A stretch of 64,000 bases of DNA from Oscillospiraceae bacterium (GTDB taxonomy: Bacteria > Bacillota > Clostridia > Oscillospirales > Ruminococcaceae), in the NCBI GenBank assembly GCA_045545795.1, contig JAZQBN010000043.1, positions 15,001-79,000 on the forward strand. Direction: 5' to 3'. A program made the translations under genes and the position numbers. The notes under the pieces are model-generated. The model made no database searches and had not been told where the DNA came from. It was given only the letters and a program-made list of their open reading frames with translations. Positions 58,056-64,000 of the stretch are shown here, in pieces. Each line of letters starts with the position of its first letter. Within the stretch, counting starts at the first letter, position 1.

Positions 58056-59297
58056 TTATAGTAAGCCATACATCTTGGAATTTGCAGCAGAGCCGTTTGT
58101 AGCAACGACTTGGCTTTGTTGTTTTAGAGTTTCGAGCTGGTCTACTTCTAACACAGACAAAACATAATAGTCAGTGCGTATTTTTTCCAAAACGATGATT
58201 CTATTGCAGAGCCAAGCTGTTCCCCCTACGCGATGCAATTTTTCGCCAGAAGAAGCTTGCCCCTTAAGTTGAATACGCCATGTTCCGTTTGCCAAATCTC
58301 CGTCAGGGTACTTTATAACGCAATCCATATAGTCAATACCATTATAGTTTACTGTTACTGATTTCTCCACATCTGTATCTTCTGGATTAACATCGAAGAA
58401 AACTAAATCGCCCAAAATATAATCAGCATTATCAGTCTCATAGCGCGTGCCCATTGCATCCCCCATCACTTTTCTGCCCAGTTTGGACAAATCCAAAATG
58501 TTACGTGAGCCTCCCGTCAAAGCACGAGTTTCAAACCACATGCGTTCAGCTGCATTTGTTGCAACAATAGGTTCAATAGCGTGAACTTCTGTTTGTACTC
58601 GGCCTCTACGCTGTCTTACTACTCCGCCGGCAGGCGTTCTGGTCAAGCGTGGCATATGTATTCCTGTTTGATTACCAAATCTACGAGGAGTTCGTTGGCG
58701 TTCACCGGTCAATCTTGTTTGATGTTCTGCACGCGCTTCAAGTTGTATGGTGATCTCTCGTCTCAAATAATCTTCTGCAAGAAGGTTATCCAAATCCTCT
58801 TGTGACTGAATCAACATAGAACATGCATAGTTAGGATCTTGATATTTAGCTATTAATTGTTCAAATGCAATTGGACAATTTTGAAGGGAGACATCAACAT
58901 CGAAACAAGTTGCACTTTCGAAGTTTGTCCAAAGTCCTCCTCCAGTAAGGTTGTTTGAGCCTACAGCCATCCACTTTTCTCCAGAATCATTGGATAACAT
59001 ATAGACCTTTGAATGGAACGTGGTAGCTCCACTTTCAGAATGAACAATATATAACTCATCGCATATCTCAAACAAATTTAGAACTGCTTCGTAAGATGTA
59101 CCATGTGCATCAACTCCGATAAAGGCTGATATATGTCCACCGTTAGCCTTGAATTGTTCCATCGCCGGTTTGAGACGAAGCACACCGCTATTCTTTGCAA
59201 ACGCTGAAAAAACAACAAGTCGGTTATAATCTTGCTGCATTTTATCTATTAACAAATTTCCAAGTTGTCCGTTAAAAGGTTGATTCAACATTAACAT
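58056..59297 (-). CDS. PLD-superfamily (single HKD) nuclease with Arg-rich linker and extra C-terminal domain
   Basis: FHSKVYMLSNDSGEKWMAVGSNNLTGGG (H-x-K...G-S-x-N). Linker is RLTGERQRTPRRFGNQTGIHMPRLTRTPAGGVVRQRRGR. C-terminal domain of ~170 aa. Start at the ATG 8 nt after GGAG; the alternative upstream ATG at 59327 lacks an RBS. Confidence 0.75.
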   Translation of the reverse strand: MLMLNQPFNGQLGNLLIDKMQQDYNRLVVFSAFAKNSGVLRLKPAMEQFKANGGHISAFIGVDAHGTSYEAVLNLFEICDELYIVHSESGATTFHSKVYMLSNDSGEKWMAVGSNNLTGGGLWTNFESATCFDVDVSLQNCPIAFEQLIAKYQDPNYACSMLIQSQEDLDNLLAEDYLRREITIQLEARAEHQTRLTGERQRTPRRFGNQTGIHMPRLTRTPAGGVVRQRRGRVQTEVHAIEPIVATNAAERMWFETRALTGGSRNILDLSKLGRKVMGDAMGTRYETDNADYILGDLVFFDVNPEDTDVEKSVTVNYNGIDYMDCVIKYPDGDLANGTWRIQLKGQASSGEKLHRVGGTAWLCNRIIVLEKIRTDYYVLSVLEVDQLETLKQQSQVVATNGSAANSKMYGLL

Positions 59298-60078
59298 ATT
59301 ATTATCTCCGTTGCTATTTTCAATCATGTTTTTAGTGTTTACGTTTTATCTAATATTAAGGTAAACTTAGGCAAATACAATATATCGGGATATTCAAATT
59401 TCACTTTTCAATAATAGGAAAACCATTTTATCGAAAAAACACAACGACTACTATTAACTACACATCGCGAATTATAGTCATTTACTATATCAAGTCCATT
59501 AATTTCGATTGTACGAAACTTTTTAATATAGCTTCTTGAAGATGTGTTTTTTCAAGCATTTATTAGCATTAAGTCAGGGGATAGTGGAAAGTAAATTTTT
59601 ACATTTTTAAAATAACACCAATCACAGAAGTGTGTATATTATGAATGCGTCCTATGTATAAATTTTATTATATCACGAAATTCGTCAAATAGCAACAGCA
59701 AAAAGGCGGTTATTGGAAATTTATATATGTAGATTCGAACAAAAACAATGCTTATTTCCCAGTGTCAGAGCCTTAGAGCACAATCTCTGTTTGCTGTGCC
59801 TCATAACGCCCAAAATCCCGTTTTCCCACCCGGATTTGTCCCTTTTCTCGAGGCAGCATTGCCTCACCCCCTCGCAGAGCACAAAGACTTATGATAGCCT
59901 CGCTGTCAAAAGTATCTTTGCGTTACTTCTGGAAGAAGTAACAAGACCAGAGCAAGCTCATTCAGAAGGCAGAAATGCTCTAAAAAAGTGATTTACCTCC
60001 ACCCCTATACTGCCGGAAAACCGAATATTTCAGATAGCTGTTTTTGTGTATATTGCACACGAACAGCTATTATCTTTT

Positions 60079-60120
60079 CCCGAAAAGAAGCTTCGATGAG
60101 TTTCTTTTTCGGGATTTTTT
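60079..60120 (+). terminator. orphan plus-strand intrinsic terminator
   Basis: CCCGAAAAGAA-loop-TTCTTTTTCGGG followed by ATTTTTT. No convincing CDS lies upstream. Confidence 0.55.
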
Positions 60121-60413
60121 ATGCAAACTGCAACAAAACACGAACGGGAAACACAGCATATTGCCAGTCGAATAATCCCTATTGCTAACAGCAATATACC
60201 CCCGGAAAATCGGCTTTTTCAGACCCGATATTTCTGGTATTTTGTCAATTGTACCGAACATACATTTCGTAGTATAATGGAAGTGCGAACAAAAAGAGTG
60301 CACTCGTTCGCAGCACCTTGAAAATTTAATATACCTCCCCCCGAATGTCCTTTACATATACGAAAAGTGTATGTCAGCTTTACGCTGTATCACATTTTAA
60401 AAGGAGGAATTCA

Positions 60414-61013
60414 ATGAAGAATTCACATTGGGACATCTTCGGGGAAGTCAAAGAAACCGTCAGCGTTCCCTCTGCCGCAGAATATTACGGTATGAGCGTA
60501 CGGGGCGGTATGACCACTTGCATTTTCCACGAGGACAGAACTCCGTCTATGAAGTTGTACGACGACCATTTTTACTGCTTTGGCTGTACCGAATACGGCG
60601 ATGTTGTAAAGCTTACCGCAAGGCTGTTCGGCTTAACGCAGTATGAAGCGGCGAAAAAGCTCTGCTCTGACTTCGGTATTATCCATTCAAGAGATAAACC
60701 GATTATCAGACAGAAAATATGCGTACAAAGCCAGAGAGAAAAGGAGCAAAGAGTATTTCGCATTCTTTCCGATTACTGCTCATTACTACGCAGATTTCGG
60801 ACTGAATACGCTCCCAAAAGCGACAGCGAAACTCTCCACCCTTTATTCACTGAGAGCCTGACACAGCTTGAAATGTATGAGCATTTCTGTGACGTTTTTA
60901 TCTCAGGCACAACAGACGAAAGAAAAGACTTTATGGAAAACTGCAAGGAGGTAATCGATTATGCAGACAGAAGAAACAATGACTACAACACCAACACCCG
61001 TATCGCCTGCTGA
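60414..61013 (+). CDS. CHC2 zinc-finger (DnaG-type primase zinc-binding domain) protein
   Basis: CIFHEDRTPSMKLYDDHFYCFGCTEYGDVV. AGGAGG RBS before the ATG at 60414. Confidence 0.8.
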   Translation: MKNSHWDIFGEVKETVSVPSAAEYYGMSVRGGMTTCIFHEDRTPSMKLYDDHFYCFGCTEYGDVVKLTARLFGLTQYEAAKKLCSDFGIIHSRDKPIIRQKICVQSQREKEQRVFRILSDYCSLLRRFRTEYAPKSDSETLHPLFTESLTQLEMYEHFCDVFISGTTDERKDFMENCKEVIDYADRRNNDYNTNTRIAC

Positions 61014-62307
61014 TGAAAATATTATCGGTTGGTTTGACGGAAAGAAAATTGACGAGCTTGCTTTCTGCGAGGAATTTGTAAAGCAGTACAACTTCAAATA
61101 TTTTGAAGGCTGTTTCTACAATCTTGACGGAGTGCAGGAGGACGCTTATGTTGAAAGTCTTATCACAACAAAGCTGAAGGACGCAGGCGTTCGCTACGGA
61201 CTTGCAAATAAAATCAAAAATCTGATGAACGCTCTCAGGCATATCTGCTTTACCGAAGATATGGAAACAGATTTAAACGAAATCCATATCCTTAATGGAA
61301 CTTATCACATTGACGGGACATTCTCTCCCGAAAAGAAGCACTGCCGCAACAGAATCAACGTCAGCTATACGGAAGAAACAGTAAAGAAAGCAGTAGTGTG
61401 GGAAAGGTTTGTAAACGAACTTCTTGAGCCTGATGATGTAAAGACGTTGCAGGAATTTATTGGCTACTGCTTACTGAATACCACAAAGGCACAGGCTATG
61501 CTCTTTCTTGTAGGACGAGGCGGCGAAGGTAAAAGCCGTATCGGTGTTATCCTTGAAAAGCTGTTCGGAAAGGCTTGCTACTTTGACAGTATCGTAGCGC
61601 TCTCGAAAAACAAATTTCGTCAGGGCAACCTTGTAGGCAAGTGCGTTCTCGTTGACGATGATATGAGCTTCGAGGGAATTAAGGATACGTCATTCCTGAA
61701 AAGTCTTGTAACAGCAGAAACCTGTATTTCCGTAGAAAAGAAAAACGTTCAGGCTATTCAGGCAAAGCTCTGTGCGAGAGCGGTTGTATTCTCAAACAGC
61801 AATCCGAACTCTCTTTATGACAAAACGGACGGATGGCACAGGCGACTTATTGTTCTTGACACAAAGCCTGTTCCCCCTGACAGAAAGCCTGACCGCTATC
61901 TTTCGGAAAAGCTTATCGCAGAGCTTGACGGAATTTTCTTCTGGGCACTTGAAGGACTAAGGCGACTTATCGAAAATGATTTTATCTTCACAGTCAGCAA
62001 CAAGACCAGAGAGATAATGGAGAACTTAAAGCAAGAAAACTGCAACGTCGCAGAATTTATGAACGACGCTCAGGCAGTTCAGCTTTCTCCCGAAAGTACA
62101 ACTTGCTCCGTTGATATTTACAACGCTTATGTAAACTGGTGTCAGAGCAACGGCTTGCAGGAACTGAAACAGAAAAGCTTTTACGACTGGCTGTATCACA
62201 ACTGTGAAAGCTATAATCTCTCACCTACGAACAAAGCTCACAACGGAAGAAATTACGTCAGAGGTTATGTTGGTATCAGCGTTTCTTACAGAAGTAAGGC
62301 AGCATAA
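60961..62307 (+). CDS. P4/D5-family primase-helicase-like NTPase
   Basis: 448 aa. Walker A GRGGEGKS, Walker B CVLVDDDM, FSNSNP. AGGAGG RBS. Overlaps the upstream gene by 53 nt. Confidence 0.75.
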   Translation: MQTEETMTTTPTPVSPADENIIGWFDGKKIDELAFCEEFVKQYNFKYFEGCFYNLDGVQEDAYVESLITTKLKDAGVRYGLANKIKNLMNALRHICFTEDMETDLNEIHILNGTYHIDGTFSPEKKHCRNRINVSYTEETVKKAVVWERFVNELLEPDDVKTLQEFIGYCLLNTTKAQAMLFLVGRGGEGKSRIGVILEKLFGKACYFDSIVALSKNKFRQGNLVGKCVLVDDDMSFEGIKDTSFLKSLVTAETCISVEKKNVQAIQAKLCARAVVFSNSNPNSLYDKTDGWHRRLIVLDTKPVPPDRKPDRYLSEKLIAELDGIFFWALEGLRRLIENDFIFTVSNKTREIMENLKQENCNVAEFMNDAQAVQLSPESTTCSVDIYNAYVNWCQSNGLQELKQKSFYDWLYHNCESYNLSPTNKAHNGRNYVRGYVGISVSYRSKAA

Positions 62308-62335
62308 TTTTTTTCATTCCAAGTGAAAAGTGTAT

Positions 62336-62387
62336 GTACGTACGTACCAAGTCAAGAGAAATCCGAAGCCTTATGGTACGTACGTAC
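62336..62387 (+). repeat. perfect 13-bp (GTAC)n inverted repeat, possible terminator
   Basis: GTACGTACGTACC (62336-62348), a 26-nt loop, then GGTACGTACGTAC (62375-62387), followed by GCAGGGTTTT. Confidence 0.7.
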
Positions 62388-62456
62388 GCAGGGTTTTAAA
62401 CTGAAATGAAAATTTTTTCTTTCGGAAAAACTATCAAGGCTGAATTTATTTTTACG

Positions 62457-62705
62457 TTGACAGCAAGCATAGCCTGTGTAAAGACACAGACACGTTTTTG
62501 CAAAAACTGTATGCCTGCTCTCTGATATTATCATTGAGAGCAAGCATATGATTTGTCTATACACTTCATCAATTTTGCGACCTGCTCTTTTTCAATTTCA
62601 GATGAGAGCAAGCATCGCCTGTGTATAGACACAATCAGTTTTTTGTAAACTATGCTTTCTGCAACTTCGTTGACAGCAAGCATAGCATTTGTGGCCACAC
62701 TCCCT
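62457..62705. repeat. four degenerate ~68-77-bp direct repeats (iteron-like / repeated promoter-like boxes)
   Basis: Cores are TTGACAGCAAGCATAGCCTGTGTAAAGACAC (62457), TTGAGAGCAAGCATATGATTTGTCTATACAC (62534), ATGAGAGCAAGCATCGCCTGTGTATAGACAC (62602) and TTGACAGCAAGCATAGCATTTGTGGCCACAC (62670). Confidence 0.7.
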
Positions 62706-62818
62706 CTTTTTCAGAGAAAATCCGTGTGTCGACAAATACAAAAAACACTTGGGAGAACCCAAACCCCTTGATTGATTTTCTGAAAAAATTAATAAATCCG
62801 TGTCAGTCCATAAGGGAC

Positions 62819-62847
62819 TTGACAAAAATATTCTATTCGTGTATAAT
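62819..62847 (+). promoter_or_regulatory. perfect-consensus sigma-A promoter of the recombinase gene
   Basis: TTGACA-17 nt-TATAAT. Confidence 0.65.
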
Positions 62848-62889
62848 CGCTTTAAAGTGTTAAAATCTTTGAATCTGGAGGATATAAAA

Positions 62890-64000
62890 ATGACAAGAAA
62901 TAATTATTTTGATATAAGCACACTCGACAGAAATCGTGAACGCACAGTTGTATTCTACGGACGAGTTTCAACCGAACACGAGGCTCAGCTCTCTGCTCTC
63001 GAAAATCAGATGCAGTGGTATTCCGACCAGGCGAAGTATCATTCCAACTGGAATGTAATCGACAAGTATATTGATGAAGGTATCACAGGAACTCAGGCGA
63101 AGAAAAGACCTTCTTTCCTCAGAATGATTGAGGACGCTAAGTCGGGAAAGTTCGATTTGATTGTAACCCGTGAGGTGTGCAGATTTGCGAGAAATACTGT
63201 TGATACGCTCAACTTTACTCGTGAACTCAAAAATATCGGCGTTGAAGTATTTTTCGTAGACGATAACATCTGGACAATGGACGGCGACGGAGAACTTCGA
63301 CTTTCTCTTATGGCAACTCTTGCTCAGGAAGAAAGCCGTAAGGTTTCCGAAAGAGTAAAAGCGGGACAGCGTATCAGCCGAGAGAACGGAGTGCTTTATG
63401 GAAGCGGAAACATCTTAGGTTATGACAGAAAGCCGGGAGAAAGCTACACAATAAATCCCGAACAGGCTGAAACTGTGCGTATTATCTTTGAGCTTTACTC
63501 TCAGGGGTATGGTGAAAAGAAGGTTGCCGACGAACTCTTAAAGCTTCACAGAAAAGCTGCTGACGGAACTTATCGCTGGAATGCAGGCAAGGTCGGACGT
63601 ATTCTGAAAAATGCCACATATATGGGATATAACTGTTATAACAAATCCCGTAGTAATAATTATCTTGAACAGAAGCGTATTAAAAATCTCGACAGCGACA
63701 GTTATGTTTATGTCAAGGGAGATTTCGAGCCGATTGTTTCAGAAGAACTCTGGCACAAATGTGATGAAATCCGCAAGAGCAAGGTAATCAAGAAAGAAAA
63801 TAACGGAGTTATTACAACTTACGGAAAGAGAAACTCCACAGATATATGGCTTAAGAAAATGAAGTGCAGTTGCGGAGCGAACTTCCGTAAAAATAAGTGG
63901 AGAAAAAACAAGCGTGGTGATTCCGCTTATGGTTATCAGTGTTATAACCAGCTCAACTATGGTAGTAAATCCTTCCGTGAGAAGAACGGACTTGATACCG
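62890..64000 (+). CDS. large serine recombinase (N-terminal ~370 aa; continues beyond the window)
   Basis: Not in the ORF track because there is no stop in the window. Hand translation gives MTRNNYFDISTLDRNRERTVVFYGRVSTEHEAQLSALENQ...RPSFLRMIEDAKSGKFDLIVTREVCRFARNTVDTL...LAQEESRKVSERVKAG. This is a resolvase catalytic domain, followed by a recombinase domain. GGAGG RBS. Confidence 0.88.
   Translation, partial: MTRNNYFDISTLDRNRERTVVFYGRVSTEHEAQLSALENQMQWYSDQAKYHSNWNVIDKYIDEGITGTQAKKRPSFLRMIEDAKSGKFDLIVTREVCRFARNTVDTLNFTRELKNIGVEVFFVDDNIWTMDGDGELRLSLMATLAQEESRKVSERVKAGQRISRENGVLYGSGNILGYDRKPGESYTINPEQAETVRIIFELYSQGYGEKKVADELLKLHRKAADGTYRWNAGKVGRILKNATYMGYNCYNKSRSNNYLEQKRIKNLDSDSYVYVKGDFEPIVSEELWHKCDEIRKSKVIKKENNGVITTYGKRNSTDIWLKKMKCSCGANFRKNKWRKNKRGDSAYGYQCYNQLNYGSKSFREKNGLDT

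Larger units (their letters stand above)
59740..64000 (+). mobile_element. segment of an integrative mobile element (replication module + large serine recombinase), right end outside the window
   Basis: CHC2 zinc-finger protein, P4/D5-type NTPase, iteron-like repeats and a large serine recombinase, all co-oriented. The left limit is only inferred from the composition change near 59.74 kb. Confidence 0.45.

Noticed and set aside
52926-59297. Complete BREX or DISARM system.
   Set aside because: No BrxA/B/C, PglZ or BrxL, and no DrmA/DrmB helicase/DUF1998 genes are in or next to the island. Only a PglX-like MTase, a second MTase and a PLD nuclease are present.
59713-59991. 92-aa plus-strand ORF and the 60070-60303 minus-strand ORF in the junction region.
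   Set aside because: The amino-acid composition is implausible and there is no RBS. The region is better described as structured non-coding DNA or a decayed remnant.
62457-62705. Possible CRISPR array (four ~30-nt repeats with ~40-nt spacers).
   Set aside because: The repeats are degenerate (several mismatches per copy). The 'spacers' are related to each other. There are no cas genes or leader. The context (after a primase-helicase gene, before a recombinase promoter) favours iterons or operators.

Overview
The window reads as a Clostridia (Ruminococcus/Oscillospiraceae-like, by inference) chromosome segment. No rRNA, tRNA or CRISPR array was recognised. All product calls rest on reading motifs in the translations; no database search was run, and start codons were chosen by RBS inspection.

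**Layout**
- **0-4.6 kb:** a tightly coupled plus-strand operon of psd, a UbiA-like prenyltransferase, a PEP-utilising phosphotransferase and a GNAT-like protein.
- **4.8-9.6 kb:** six tandem minus-strand paralogs. Each encodes a small secreted protein with a near-identical signal peptide and an unusual C-terminal x-T-G-N + TM + KK sorting signal.
- **9.9-25.7 kb:** the complete minus-strand S10-spc-alpha ribosomal protein supercluster (rpsJ to rplQ, including secY, adk, map, infA, rpmJ and rpoA).
- **26-52.4 kb:** housekeeping and carbohydrate genes (proS, GH95, GH130, MsmX-like ATPase, rsuA, YabE-like, amidohydrolase, fumarate hydratase alpha, PocR-MCP, HAD, prs, glmU, ppdK). These are separated by intergenic regions unusually rich in nested palindromic repeat elements.
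- **52.6-59.7 kb:** a visibly AT-richer island, the strongest candidate for an undescribed system. It has two abutting large N6-adenine methyltransferases, the first HTH-fused with a PglX-like C-terminal module. They converge on a single-HKD PLD-family nuclease that carries an extra C-terminal domain.
- **59.7-64 kb:** a mobile-element module with a CHC2 zinc-finger protein, a P4/D5-type primase-helicase NTPase, iteron-like repeats and a large serine recombinase that runs off the window.

**Other notable signals**
- A consensus promoter plus a ~255-nt structured transcript with an intrinsic terminator lies upstream of rpsJ.
- A family of composite palindromic repeats occurs at three sites.
- A MITE-like insertion is flanked by a 14-bp direct repeat.
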